Assembly (NCBI GenBank): GCA_964016885.1
Contig: OZ024753.1
Coordinates: forward strand, 1,116,001-1,180,000
DNA length: 64,000 nt
Source of the DNA: Eledone cirrhosa
Lineage: Eukaryota
Direction of reading: 5' to 3'
Made by a program: the position numbers and the translations under genes. Below are positions 1-13,467 of this stretch, in pieces. Numbering within the stretch: the stretch's first letter is position 1; each line of letters begins with the position of its first letter. The notes below the pieces were generated by a model that was given only the letters and a program-made list of their open reading frames with translations, did no database searches and was not told where the DNA came from.

Positions 1-101
1 ACTAGACTATATATATATATATATATAGTCTAGACACTGGACTATATATATATATATTAGTCCAGACACCTGACTATATATATATATTAGTCCAGACACC
101 T

Positions 102-143
<42 letters not shown>

Positions 144-165
144 CAGACACTGGACTTAAATCACA

Positions 166-305
166 TATAATTGTTTCTACTTTTGGCACAAGGCCAGCAA
201 TTACCCAGTACATTACTGCTACTTTATTTTATCGACCCCGTAAGGATGAAAGGCAAAGTCAACCTTGGCACGATTTGAACTCAGAATGGCAAGGGGGACT
301 TAAAT
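166..305 (-). mobile_element. SINE family 1, 5'-truncated
   Basis: Reverse complement of the family 3' two-thirds. Confidence 0.8.
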
Positions 306-570
306 CTCATATAATAGTATACAATAGGTCACTTCCTACTGATAGGATATATCTACAAGTTCACTCTTATCAATGCCACATAAGCCGCAAGATCTGAAAA
401 TATCAAGGAGGTCTAAAAAGACATTTCAAAGTTCAAGGTCAGACAACACAGACAGTTCAAGCTGCACCAAAACTAATGTGCAATTTATCTGGATGCTTTC
501 TTAAAAATATGTCTACATAAAATCTCCATAAAATCTACATAAAATCTCATACCAGAACTAAGTATCACGT

Positions 571-621
<51 letters not shown>

Positions 622-795
622 AGATATTTTATATGCATATATGTTTATGCCTTTATTAATATTTGGAAGTTTTATATATGATGCGTGGTTGTAGAGGCGT
701 GAGTGTATATAAACATACCACCCGGTATTTATACAAAAGACATTAAACGGTTTACACCCAACATGTCTAACTTCCTTCCACCTTTCCTAGATTTA

Positions 796-1197
796 ATATA
801 TATATATATATATATATATATGATGTGTGTGTGTGTGTATGTGTATGTATATGTGTATATGTATATGTATATATGTGTGTATGTATAGGTGTATATTTGT
901 ATGTATATGTGTATATATGTATGTATATGTGTATATATGTATGTATATGTGTGTGTATGTATATGTGTATATGTGTGTATGTATATGTGTATATATGTAT
1001 GTATATGTGTATATGTATATGTATATATATGTATATGTGTATGTATATATATGTATATGTGTATGTATATATATATGTATGTATATGCATGTATAGGTAT
1101 GTATATGTATGTATATGTGTAGAAATATGTATATGTATGTATATATATATATATATATATTGTATATGTATGTATATATATATATCTATATATATAC

Positions 1198-1229
<32 letters not shown>

Positions 1230-1259
1230 GTATACATATATATATATATACATATATAA

Positions 1260-1316
<57 letters not shown>

Positions 1317-1536
1317 CATACATACATATATATATATATACATATATACATATATATATACATATATACATATATACATATATATATATACATATATACA
1401 TATATACATATATACATATATACATATATACATATATACATACATACATATATACATATATATATACATATATACATATATATATATATACATATATATA
1501 CATATAAATATATGTATGTATGTGTATATGTGTGTA
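796..1536. repeat. Compound (TA)/(TG)/(CA) microsatellite
   Basis: Direct inspection. Confidence 0.95.
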
Positions 1537-1745
1537 TAATAAGAGTTCTCGTGGAGGTTTTGTTTGGTCAATTATACATCGTTCTCACACCTTTGCAGTG
1601 AGATCAAAGATTTATTTGTATCGGTGAAAGAGGAAGAGGGGGAGAGAAGCAGGCCCTGAGGTCACTGAAATCGATGTTTGCTTGCACTGAGGAGAACATT
1701 CCGTCTGTTGTACCCCCACTACGTATCACTACATATCACCTTTCG

Positions 1746-2457
1746 CCCACCACTGTTACCACCAACAAAACCACCAAATCCAATGCCACCAACACCAGCA
1801 GCATCATCAATACCACCCACACTACCACCACCACTATCACCAACATCACCAACATCACCACTATCACCAACACCACCACCATCACCAACACCACCATTAC
1901 CAACATCATCAATACCACCAATGCCACCGAACACTACCACCACCACCACCATCACCAACATCACCAACGCCACCAACGCCAATGCCACCCACACCACCAC
2001 CACCACCACCACCATCACCAACACCACCAGCAGCACCATCACCACCACCAACATCATCAATACCACCATTACCACCCACACTACCACCACCACCATCACC
2101 AACACCACCATTACCAACATCATCAATACCACTAGCAGCACCAACACCACCACCACAACCACCACCAACCCCAATGCCACCACCACCACCACCACCACCA
2201 CAAACACCACCAACACCACCACCACCATCACTACCACCACCAATATCACCAACACCACCACTACCACTAATAACACCATCACCACCACCACCACCACCAC
2301 CCTCACCAACACCACCAGCACCACCACCACCACCACCACCCTCACCAACACCACGAGCACCACCACTACCACCACCAGCACCAACACCACCACCACCAGC
2401 ACCAACACCACCACCACCACCAGCACCACCAGCACCAACACCACCACCACTACCAGC

Positions 2458-2488
<31 letters not shown>

Positions 2489-2526
2489 CCACCCTCACCA
2501 ACACCAGCACCACCACCCTCACCAAC

Positions 2527-2557
<31 letters not shown>

Positions 2558-2612
2558 CCACCACCACCAGCACCAACACCAGCACCACCACCACCGCCAC
2601 CACCGTCAACCA
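1746..2612. repeat. Degenerate (CAC/CAA/CAT)n trinucleotide tract
   Basis: Produces poly-T/P/H/V/G ORFs on both strands. Confidence 0.95.
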
Positions 2613-3050
2613 CACAAGGTACAGAAAGCGTTGATCAATTTCAGCGGGAAACACATGCATTACGTCTATTTAAGTTATTTCTGCAATACCATAGAGAATG
2701 TTGAGACAAATAAGTAAATGTGAAGAGATGAGCTTGGTATGGGTGTTAATGACGTACATTAGAAGATTTAAACACTAATGAGAGCTCCAATACTACATAA
2801 TATGTTTGCTCTGTATAAACAGTAACTTTGCTACAAATATGCAAGTGAAACGTCCTCAATAAATATTACAGGATCGAAAAACACAACGAACAAAAAAGAA
2901 CAAAAAGCCCCCCAAAAAAATCAAAAAATCATCACACCGCATATATATAAATATATATACACATACTCATACAGATTTGCATGCACACATACATACACAC
3001 ACACACACATACAGATATACATAAACATACTCCATGTGTGTGTGTGTGTT

Positions 3051-4548
3051 CCATCTATCTTCAGATCTCCCCTCCATAACCTTCATATCTTGATGGAAGC
3101 GTTCGCCATGCTCATCGCTCAAGATGGCTCTTGAAGAAATTAATATTTATGCTCATGTTGCAGCCTAAAAGATGAAAGCTATCAAGCAATGTCCCCATCA
3201 AATCCTTGAAATTTTAAGCCTTTTTGCTGCCCAAAAAATCCTTTCACAACAGACACAAATGAATCCCTTGCTCTTTTTTCTACGTCAGTTGTCAAGCTCG
3301 AGAAGTTTTGACGTTTCATTAATTTTCTGATTTGTGTCCCATCAAAAACACCAGCCTTTATTTTATTATAACTTAGGCCAGGAAATGATGTACATATGAA
3401 TTTAAAACAGTCACCCTCCACATTAAGAGCTCTGACAAACTGCTTCATTAGTCCTAGTTTAATATGAAGGGGTGAGAAGATGATTTTCTCTCGCCCAACA
3501 AGTGGTTGGTGTATGATATTGTTCTCCTCCACTATCAAACTTTATCCAACTGGCCAGTACTTTTGTTCTTAATGTTTGTCTTTCGCTCAGCTATCCCATA
3601 AACACAGGAAACACGGATGTTTTGTATACCCTCCTTGCTGGCCAAGTAAAAAGTTGACCATTTTCAGATCCACACATATGCCCCATTTGTGTTCATCATA
3701 CTTGAGTTTTTGTTTTCATACTTCTCAAGTACGTAGAGTGACTAATAGGAATTGCACCTAACAAGTTTCCATTATGGAGTAATACACATTTTAAACTCTT
3801 CTTTGAACTATCTATAAATAGTCTCCATTCATGAAGATCATAGTGTAGAGCCCTCGTCGCTTTTAACAGTCTCGCCACGTTATAAAAGTACACATTTTTA
3901 TTTTATTTTTTCAGTTTTAAAGAATGCCAAGAGATCTTTTACCTTATTTCGATAAAAAGTTACATTTGTTTCTTTCTGCAACATATTCTCCTCGTTAAGT
4001 CAAGAAGCTAACAGTTCTGATAACTCTTTTGACAGGCCTAAGTCTCTAACTAAATCATTCAGTTCTGCCTGGTTGCAGTTTTCATGTTCCAAAGTCTGTA
4101 TCACTGTTATGTTCATGATTTTCATCTGATACACATATATCACTGTTATCTTCCGGTGAAGGTAATTCTGTGCAAACGGGGTCTGGTACTTCCTCTGAGT
4201 GAAGCATAGGACGAATTGCTGAATCCAGATTTGAGTAATATATTTTCTGTCGAGTTTTCTTGCTATAACCAGAAGTCTTTGTGAGACGAAGTAGCAATCT
4301 TCTGCGTTGTTCTTTGGCTCCTACCATACAATAGGAATGCCAAATGTTAGTTGTTTTCTTGTACCCTTTGTCTATTGGCATAGATTTTCGACACATGGTT
4401 TACATACATTGTGTGGGGCCCACGATTTATCCTGATCATGTGATAGAAAAAAAGTATTGTCATTTTAAAACTCAACGGCCCTAAATTACTCAAGAACAGG
4501 TCTCAAACTTAGGTCAGCAGGAAAAAAGTAAAATTTTGTTGACCAGTG
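3051..4548 (-). mobile_element. Decayed Chapaev3-like (CMC) DNA transposon, transposase pseudogene with one terminus
   Basis: Frameshifted motifs DQDKSWAPHNVCKPC, EWRLFIDSSKKSLKCVLLHNGN, PLHIKLGLMKQFV, KIKAGVFDG.QIRKL, LGCNMS, SDEHGERFHQD; terminus CACTGGTCAACAAAA at 4548 next to TAA. Confidence 0.75.
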
Positions 4549-4704
4549 TTAGCAAGGACTACGTTTAATATTGTTTTTTTTTTTTCATATTTTCTTCTAG
4601 AAATAACTAATTATGTGTACGTGTGTGTGTGTGTGTGTGTGTTGGGGATATACATTTCGATGAAGACTGAGAGAGTTAAGATTGAAGAACAAAGAGGCAG
4701 CTAA

Positions 4705-5572
4705 GTAAAGAGAGGGAGAGAGTTGGAGGTAGATAGCTAACGGGAGGAGGAGGTGCAGAGAGAGGGGGGGGAGAAAGAGAAGAGGTAGAGAATGAGAGAG
4801 GAGGTAGAGATGGAAAAAGAGATGAGGTAGAGATGGACAAAGAAAGAGCAGGTAAAGTGAGAGAGAGAAAGTGGGGAGGTAGAGAGTGAGAGAAAGAAAG
4901 GAAGTAGAGAGTGATAGAGGGGGGGGGGGGTAGAGAGTGAGAGAAAGAAAGGAGAGTGAGAGAGAAAGAGAGAAGGTAGAGAGTGGGAGAAAGAAAGGAA
5001 GTAGAGAGTGAGAGAGGCGTTAGAGAGTGAGAGATAGAAAAGAGGTAGAGAGTTTGACGAGCAGGAAGTTCCGTTGATCAAACAACTTGAATACTCGCCG
5101 CCAGAAGAGACGGAGTTCCAACACCACCATTTCTTGTTTAACTATTTCTTGTTTGGTATCAAAATTAATTTGGTATTAAGTTAAAGACATCGATATAAAT
5201 ACTTATAATAAATTGATTGTTTTTTTCTTTTAGTTCTGATTAAATGAAAGAGAGGGGGTAGAGAGTGGGAGAGAATGAGAGGAGGTAGAGAGTGGGAGAA
5301 AGAAAGGAAGTAGAGAGTGAGAGGGAGGGTAGAGTGAAAGAGAAAGAAAAGAGGTAGAGAGTGAGAGAGAATGAGAGGAGGTAGAGAGTGGGAGAGAGAG
5401 AGGAAGTAGAGAGTAAGAGAGGGGGTAGAGTGAAAGAGAAAGAAAAGAGGTAGAGAGTGAGAGAGAATGAGAGGGGGTAGAGAGTGGGAGAGAGAGAGGA
5501 AGTAGAGAGTAAGAGAGGGGGTAGAGTGAAAGAGAAAGAAAAGAGGTAGAGAGTGAGAGAGAATGAGAGGAG

Positions 5573-5630
<58 letters not shown>

Positions 5631-5680
5631 TAGAGAGGTAGACAAAGGGAGAGGGTAAGAGGGTGAGCGAGAAGGGTGAG
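4705..5680. repeat. Purine-rich GGTAGAGAGTG repeat with 96-bp higher-order unit
   Basis: About 24-bp subunits; 96-bp period over 5250-5580 (seen as a 32-aa repeat in the ORF track); ends in (GA)n. Confidence 0.85.
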
Positions 5681-5829
5681 AGTCGAAGAAGATTATAGAC
5701 TAGTTTAAACTGGAGTCTTAAGTTTTCAATAACCTTCAAAATACTCTCCATTGAAAGATGTGTTAATCTTAAGGGATTACCAATCTTTCATCCAATCGGC
5801 CCAGAAAGTGTGTTTTAGATTCACATGGA

Positions 5830-5849
5830 ATGTGTGTGTGTGTGTGTGT

Positions 5850-5882
<33 letters not shown>

Positions 5883-5999
5883 AGTGTATCTGTGTGTGTG
5901 TGTGAGGGGGGTCCTTGAAAATGCATATACATATGTACGAGTAATAAGCTTCTGGACACACACACACATATATATGTGTGTGTGTATGCATGAGTATGT

Positions 6000-6069
<70 letters not shown>

Positions 6070-6316
6070 ATGTATGTATGTATGTGTGTGTGTGTCTGTA
6101 TGTGTCTGTATGTATGTATCTGCGTGTGTGTGTATCTATGTATGTATGTATGTGTGTATTTATGTATGTATGTATATATGTATATATGTATGTGTGTATG
6201 TATGTATGTATGTATGTATGTATATATGTATGTATGTATGCGTGTGTATGTATATATGTATGTATGTATGTATGTGTGTGTGTGTATGTATGTATATATG
6301 TATGTATGTGTGTGTG
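5830..6316. repeat. Compound (TG)/(TCTG)/(TATG) microsatellite
   Basis: Direct inspection. Confidence 0.95.
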
Positions 6317-6499
6317 GTGTTCCCAAGAAAATGAAACAAACACTTAAACTATGAGATTATTAATAAAAAGAATTCCTGTTGTAAGCAATGTGTTGTGTCC
6401 TTGTTGTGTCCTTGTTGTGTCCTTGTTGTGTCCTTGTTGTGTCCTTGGAAAGCTTCTTCGGTTGACTTGCTCCATGTCTAATTAAGCAATTATTATTAT

Positions 6500-6718
6500 T
6501 GGGGGATTAGCAGTATCGGTAGAGGGTCGGACGCCATCCTTTGCAGCATGGAGTTACGGCCCTTTGCAGTCTGAGTTCAAATCCCGCCGGGGTTAACTTT
6601 GTCTTTCATCCTTACAGGGTCCATAAAATAAAGTACCAGTAATGCACTGGGTCGATTTAATCGACTTCCCCACTCACCCAAAATCGCTGGCCTTGTGCCT
6701 AAATCAGAAACCATTATT
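6500..6718 (+). mobile_element. tRNA-derived SINE family 1 (long variant)
   Basis: A-box-like TAGCAGTATCGG, B-box GAGTTCAAATCC, central CTTTCATCCTTAC.GGGTC.ATAAAATAAAGTACC block (resembles the Meta/Sauria SINE domain), ATT tail. Confidence 0.8.
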
Positions 6719-6925
6719 TGTTTCAGCGTTTTTCTTTTTGCTTTGTCTTCAAATCTCGCGAAGGACAATTTGTCTTTAATTATTTTTATATTGATTAATA
6801 TTCTATATTGATTAATAAAGTGTCAAAACCTGATCTGTTGATTTTCAGAATTGTTAGAGCATTGGGTGTGATACATCGTGTTCTCTTTCTGCCCTTTGTG
6901 TTCTGAATACTTTCTTTCTTTGCAG

Positions 6926-6985
6926 TCGATTTGACTTTATTAAAGGAACTCGAAGACCATGTCGTGGCATTAAATCAGAGGACGG
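6926..6985 (+). other. Possible orphan 60-bp phase 1-1 exon of an upstream gene
   Basis: ctttctttctttgcag|TC GAT TTG...ACG G|gttaag; DLTLLKELEDHVVALNQRT; no partner exon or homology recognised. Confidence 0.2.
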
Positions 6986-7429
6986 GTTAAGCAAACCTAC
7001 CAATCTATAAAAACACAAACGGGGGAGTACCATGGAAAAAAAGTGTCCCCAAACGGGGAGAAATGAGGCAAAATGGGGAGATTTTACATAATGAAAACTG
7101 TACCCATTTTCTCAAGAGAAGACATCCCTCACCTACCCCTAAGCGAGTCGGAGATCTCCCCGTCGGACGGGGAGAATTGACAGGTCTGGTTTAAGTCTAA
7201 CATCCAAACCAGCTATATCAGAATTTGAACTAAGTACGAAAAGAGTTAGAAACCATATCGCAAAGTATTTGTTCCACGTTCTAACTTTCGCGCCAATCCA
7301 CTGCTCTTCACTGGTACGTCGTTTTATCAATTCCAAAAGATTGAGAGACAAAGTAAACACCGTAAAGATAGATTTGGACTCATTCAACAGGAAGAAAATA
7401 ATCCAAATAACCAAACAGCATCATAAGAA

Positions 7430-7800
7430 TTGTTCAAAGTAAAGCCGGCTTGTGCGGGATTTGAGCAAATCTTTGAAATTGCTTTCTACTGAGCTAATGT
7501 ATCGTCTTACGCATACTGTTGAGTTTGGCGTTGTTATGTTGACCGACTTGATATTACATACCTGTTCTAACGGGAATTCTTCCTTTTTGCGTGAACATCC
7601 CGTGTTTTCTTGTTTAAACGATACAAAGGATTTCGTGTTGTGAGAACTGACTTTAATAGAATATTCACAGGAGATTTTAATATATCTGTATTATGGTGAA
7701 AAATGCTTATCGAGTTCTCTCTTTTTCATAATTTTGTATGATATGCTTTTTTGTTGATATGGCGAGATGATAGCCGGCGCATGTCGAAATGCGATTGAAC
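7430..7800 (-). pseudogene. Decayed Penelope-like element, RT-to-GIY-YIG linker and endonuclease region
   Basis: Minus-strand translation gives SPY...LDKHFSP*YRYIKI, then SSHNTK...GCSRKKEEFPLEQVCNIKSV...RRYISSVESNFK. This resembles the PLE pattern NPPY...DKHFP...SSHNKK...CNCRKK..CPL.G.C...YIG..E..FK. Confidence 0.55.
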
Positions 7801-8341
7801 ATAAAACAATGTATTTCCCTCAAAAAATTATAGAAAACAGGCACGTTCGATCTCAGGTTATTTTGTAGTCTAACTGTCTTCCAGTTACAACCATACTATG
7901 GAATTCTAGAAAATGGAACAGACGAAATCATGAATCATCTGCTGGTTTACTCATTATTAAATTCCCATTGTTGTTTGACTGATTTCAGAAAAAACACAAA
8001 GAATGTGCAAGACTGCGTTAAAAATGGCGAAAAGACTTGAGTATACAGTAGACATAAAAATGATAATTTTCAAGAAGAAAGGGAAAAGAAAAGAAAGAAA
8101 AAATAAAAGAAGTATATCCTGTTAGCTATTGTGACCGTATTGTTAATCTATTTTAAGCTCTTCCAACGACCGTCATGATTATCTGATATAGCCTGCATGC
8201 CAAAGCTTTTACTGTGACCCTGACTGGAACACTGAAGACGTGTTATCACCTGCCAAAGCTTAACACTTCCGTTTAGAATATGAGGTTCGTTTGTCTATAT
8301 GTATGAGAGAGTGTGTGTGGTTGTATGTACACCCCCCCCCC

Positions 8342-9087
<746 letters not shown>

Positions 9088-9360
9088 AATTTCTGCCGGA
9101 CCGGCAACCGCTCTTTCAAACCAGTTCCTGTACACAGCTAAGTATTCTATAAGTCTCTAGCTGTGTCATTCTCGATAAAAGCACTGGATATGTAGTCCTG
9201 ATGATTTCTAACAAGAATGAAACGCGTAGATTACTTCCCTTGCTTTTATCGAGAATCTAATTGTAATACGTGACGTATTCTATTCTATAGCGATTAGGTC
9301 TTCAAAATGTTTATTATAAACATACAGAATATTTTCGAATATTCTATGTCTATATTCATA
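9088..9360 (+). mobile_element. Penelope-like pseudo-LTR fragment (family A) in (TA)n
   Basis: About 270 bp of complex sequence between TA tracts; homologous to 33641-33975; contains a hammerhead. Confidence 0.6.
9192..9234 (+). ncRNA. Type I minimal hammerhead ribozyme motif (family A)
   Basis: GTAGTC-CTGATGA-t-TTCT aaca AGAA-t-GAAA-CGCG-TA-GATTAC; 6-bp stem I, palindromic stem III ACGCGU, GUA triplet; outer ATTCTCGATAAAAGCA/TGCTTTTATCGAGAAT stem. Confidence 0.8.
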
Positions 9361-9445
9361 TATATATATATATATATACTGTATATATATATATATATAT
9401 ACTGTATATATATATATATATATACTGTATATATATATATATATA

Positions 9446-9479
<34 letters not shown>

Positions 9480-9501
9480 TGTATATATATATATATATAT
9501 A

Positions 9502-9539
<38 letters not shown>

Positions 9540-9866
9540 TGTGAATTCTCTCTCCCACGTGTGGCTGGACGGTTGCTTTAGATTCTTTTAGAGTTGTCTG
9601 AAATGTATCGCCTTACGCACGCTGATGAACCATGGGCTAATCATTTCTCTTAACAACTTATTTGGCGAAACAGATCTTTTTGGATTTGTACGTCTGTATT
9701 AGATAGTTATCGAGGTACGTATTTACACTTTAATTTATACTTTTAATTATTGTGTGTCTACTCTGCCTTCCATGGGCTATAGATTCCATGCACTGATGGT
9801 TTTTCCCTGTTTGACTGATGGCGCACTATCTCTCTCTCTCTAGTGTGTTATCTTTTCTACATATTG

Positions 9867-9975
<109 letters not shown>

Positions 9976-10052
9976 ACGAAGGAAATGTGGTAAGGAACCA
10001 GGTGGACCATAACGCACCAAAGTACTCAATACTTAGGGTAGTAGAGTGGGTA

Positions 10053-10116
<64 letters not shown>

Positions 10117-11064
10117 TGTTGCTCTGAGATATTTATTGAAGTATCAGCATGCCTATTGTTTCATACTTGCTGAATGGACAGTGTAGACGTTGTCATTGTT
10201 GTGTGGTTAATAGATTCGCTTCATAACTACGTGATTTCCGTTTCACTTCCACAACGCGAAACCTTGGACATAAATCATCTTCCATAGCCTGGGGTGAATC
10301 AATGCTTTGTGAGAGAAATTTGGCTGACGGAAAATGAGTGGAAGTTTGCAAGAAAGAGCAGAACCAGCGTTCCTGTTCTTGGATGGTAGATAATCTGTTG
10401 GTCATTTTAACCCGAACCTCGGACACGAAGAAGTTTATATGTGGTCACTCTACCTGATAGAAATAACAACAATATCTGCTTCAAATCAAAACCTACCGTC
10501 TCAAAAAAGAACCCACTGTATAATGTGGTTTTGTATTTCCTGTAAATAGTAGGGAAACGTCAGAATAGTTTGGGGTAAATTACCTTTGATCATATATCTA
10601 TTCGATCTCAGCTAAAGAACTAAAACCTGAGCCTTTAGAAGAATCTATTTTGATGTAAGCGTTTGGCTAGGTTTCTGGTCAGAAGATAACCTCTTTCCTT
10701 CCTACCACAAATCTTGGAGGCCATGAAAAGAGTCACAGGCGTTGTCCTTCGAACATTAATGAAGCGATAATGTAGAATTTTTTGTAATGGAGATTTTACG
10801 TATTGTTATAAGTAAGCATAGTTACGCGTCCATCTCATAGATCCGTTAATATTGACCTTAAGTTTCTAAATCACACTTAATTTAATATCATAACGTTGTT
10901 TCATGACCTTTGAAGGCATATATGTAGTTATTTCTTTTTTCTTTTTCTGTCTCCCGTTTGGTTCTGTTGCTTAATTATAAGGCATATTACCATGGCTTAC
11001 TAGATCTTTAAAATCGTTAAATAAATAAATAGATAAATAATCAACCATCTTATCAAACACTATT

Positions 11065-12068
11065 GAGATGTGTTACAGCATTACCCCAGACAGCAGTGAG
11101 TTGTGTTACTACCTCAGACAACAGTGAGGTGTGTTACAATACCTCAAACAACAGTGAGGTGTGTTACATTACATACCTCAGACACCAATGAGATGTGTTA
11201 CAGTACCTCAGACAACAGTGAGGTGTGTTACTACCTCAGACAACAGTGAGGTGTGTTACAATACCTCAGACAACAGTGAGGTGTGTTACATTACATACCT
11301 CAGACACCAATGAGATGTGTTACAGTACCTCAGACAACAGTGAGGTGTGTTACTACCTCAGACAAAAGTGAGGTGTGTTACTACCTCAGACAACAGTGAG
11401 GTGTGTTATAATACCTCAGACATCAATGAGATGTGTTATAATACCTCAGACAACAGTGAGGTGTGTTACATGACATACCTCAGACACCAATGAGATGTGT
11501 TACAGTACCTCAGACAACAGTGAGGTGTGTTACTACCTCAGACAACAGTGAGGTGTGTTATAATACCTCAGACACCAATGAGATGTGTTATAATACCTCA
11601 GACAACAGTGAGGTGTGTTATATTACATACCTCAGACACCAATGAGATGTGTTACATTACCTCAGACAACAGTGAGGTGTGTTACATTACCTCAGACACC
11701 AATGAGGTGTGTTATAATACCTCAGACACCAATGAGGTGTGTTACTACCTCAGACATCAATGAGGTGTGTTACAATACCTCAGACAACAGTGAGGTGTGT
11801 TACATTACATACCTCAGACACTAATGAGATGTGTTACAGTACCTCAGACAACAGTGAGGTGTGTTACATTACTTACCTCAGACACCAATGAGATGTGTTA
11901 CAGTACCTCAGACACCAATGAATGAGGTGTGTTACTACCTCAGACATCAGTGAGGTGTGTTACAATACCTCAGACATCAATGACGTGTGTTACTACCTCA
12001 GACAACAGTGAGGTGTGTTACAATACCTCAGACACCAGTGAGGTGTGTTACAATACCTCAGACACCAA
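11065..12068. repeat. 27-34-bp hairpin minisatellite (about 30 or more units)
   Basis: ACCTCA-GACAACAG-TGAGGT-GTGTTAx unit with variable 3' linker. Confidence 0.95.
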
Positions 12069-12136
12069 TTTAATACATGTTCCAGTTGTATGTTGCAGTT
12101 CATTTAAGTTATTGAATATCTATCGGTATACTTCTA

Positions 12137-12516
12137 ATAAAGGTTTCTCATTTAGGCTCAAGGCCAACAATTTTTTGGAGGAGAGGAAAGTCGATAAATC
12201 GACCCTAGTGCATGACTGGTACTTTATTTTATCGACCCCGTAAGGATGAAAGGGAAAGCTAACCTCGGCGGGATTTGAACCCCAAAACGTAAAGAGACGT
12301 AACTATATACCGCAAAGCATGTTGTCTGACGCTCTACCAATACTGCCAATGCCCCGCCTTAATATTGGATATCTATAGGTATACTTGTAATAATTGTTTC
12401 TACTTTTGGCACAAGGCCAGCAATTACCCAGTGCATTACTGGTACTTTATTTTATTGACCCCGTAAGGATGAAAGGCAAAGTTAACCTCGGCGGGATTTG
12501 AACTCAGAATGGCAAG
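12137..12516 (-). mobile_element. Two tandem SINE family 1 copies (12137-12360, 12389-12516)
   Basis: Both match the family and are separated and flanked by a triplicated ~30-bp sequence. Confidence 0.8.
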
Positions 12517-13086
12517 AATAATATTGATTATCTATAGGTATACTTCTAATGATATTAGTCATAGTAATATAGCAATTGTATTCCTGCGATTCTAATGTTG
12601 CCTTCAATGACAATTTAGTACAAGGGAAAGAAGAATTAGGTTCTTTCCATGAGTTGCTTTTCTTGGATTAATAAAACTTTATTTTTGTATAGAAACGAAA
12701 TTAAAATTCAACATCATAGCTGACACGAGATCACTGTTTTTGCCAGCCATCTTATAGTCGGGTCCTCCACACATAAATGACCATTGACAGACTTTCTACT
12801 AGCCAAAAATCTAAGGTATCCTGGCTGTAATTTACATATACGATTCCCCAACTAATACGCACTTGGCTTCCAATTTTTCCCCTGAACTACGTTCTTATGA
12901 ATTATCTCCCCTCCATATATATATATATATACTGATTTCTCACGAATGAAACAGTTCTAGTCCTGTAGAAGCTTTTCTATATCAAATTGTTATACTCTGA
13001 ACTGTAGTGAGTACCTTACTTATTGTGGTTACCTCCGATTGAACCCGGGATAACTTATATATATCACTCAACTGACAGGAAGGTAT

Positions 13087-13129
13087 ACGATGCTGACGAT
13101 AGCTAATAAGCTTGAAACTAGTTCATCGT
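13087..13129 (+). ncRNA. Type I minimal hammerhead ribozyme motif (family B)
   Basis: ACGATG-CTGACGA-t-AGCT aata AGCT-t-GAAA-CTAG-TT-CATCGT; perfect 6-bp stem I, palindromic ACUAGU stem III, GUU triplet; outer CTGACA/TGTCAG pairing. Confidence 0.8.
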
Positions 13130-13390
13130 TCCTTTGTCAGTGTTGAACAAAAGGGCGACGATGGTTGCCGAACACTACGGCTTAATTCGGGCTGTTTGTT
13201 TACAAAAAACCGAACATTATAATAAATGTTCGGTAAACCCATACGTACATATATATATGTGTGTGCATGTATGTATATATATATACATACTACTGTACTT
13301 CTGTATACATATATGTATGTACGTATACATACATATATTTAAGTATCAGCCGTACTAAGAGTGAGAAATGAAATTTCATTTCATTCTTTT

Positions 13391-13467
<77 letters not shown>

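Noticed and set aside
729-1571. YI/CV-rich ORFs here and at 5769-6354, 8291-9160, 59447-60142; ER/SL ORFs at 60907-61350
   Set aside because: Translations of dinucleotide microsatellites.
1540-1745. Minus-strand PQGLLLSP, resembling the RT PQG motif
   Set aside because: Too short and decayed to call without a search.
1674-2704. Long Thr-, Pro-, His- or Gly-rich ORFs (mucin or extensin-like)
   Set aside because: Frames on both strands are open because of the (CAC)n repeat; no supporting splice structure or domain.
9615-9700. CTGATGA...CGAAAC possible hammerhead
   Set aside because: No convincing stem I or stem III pairing.
11065-12068. CRISPR-like array of palindromic repeats
   Set aside because: No unique spacers, no cas genes, eukaryotic context; it is a minisatellite.
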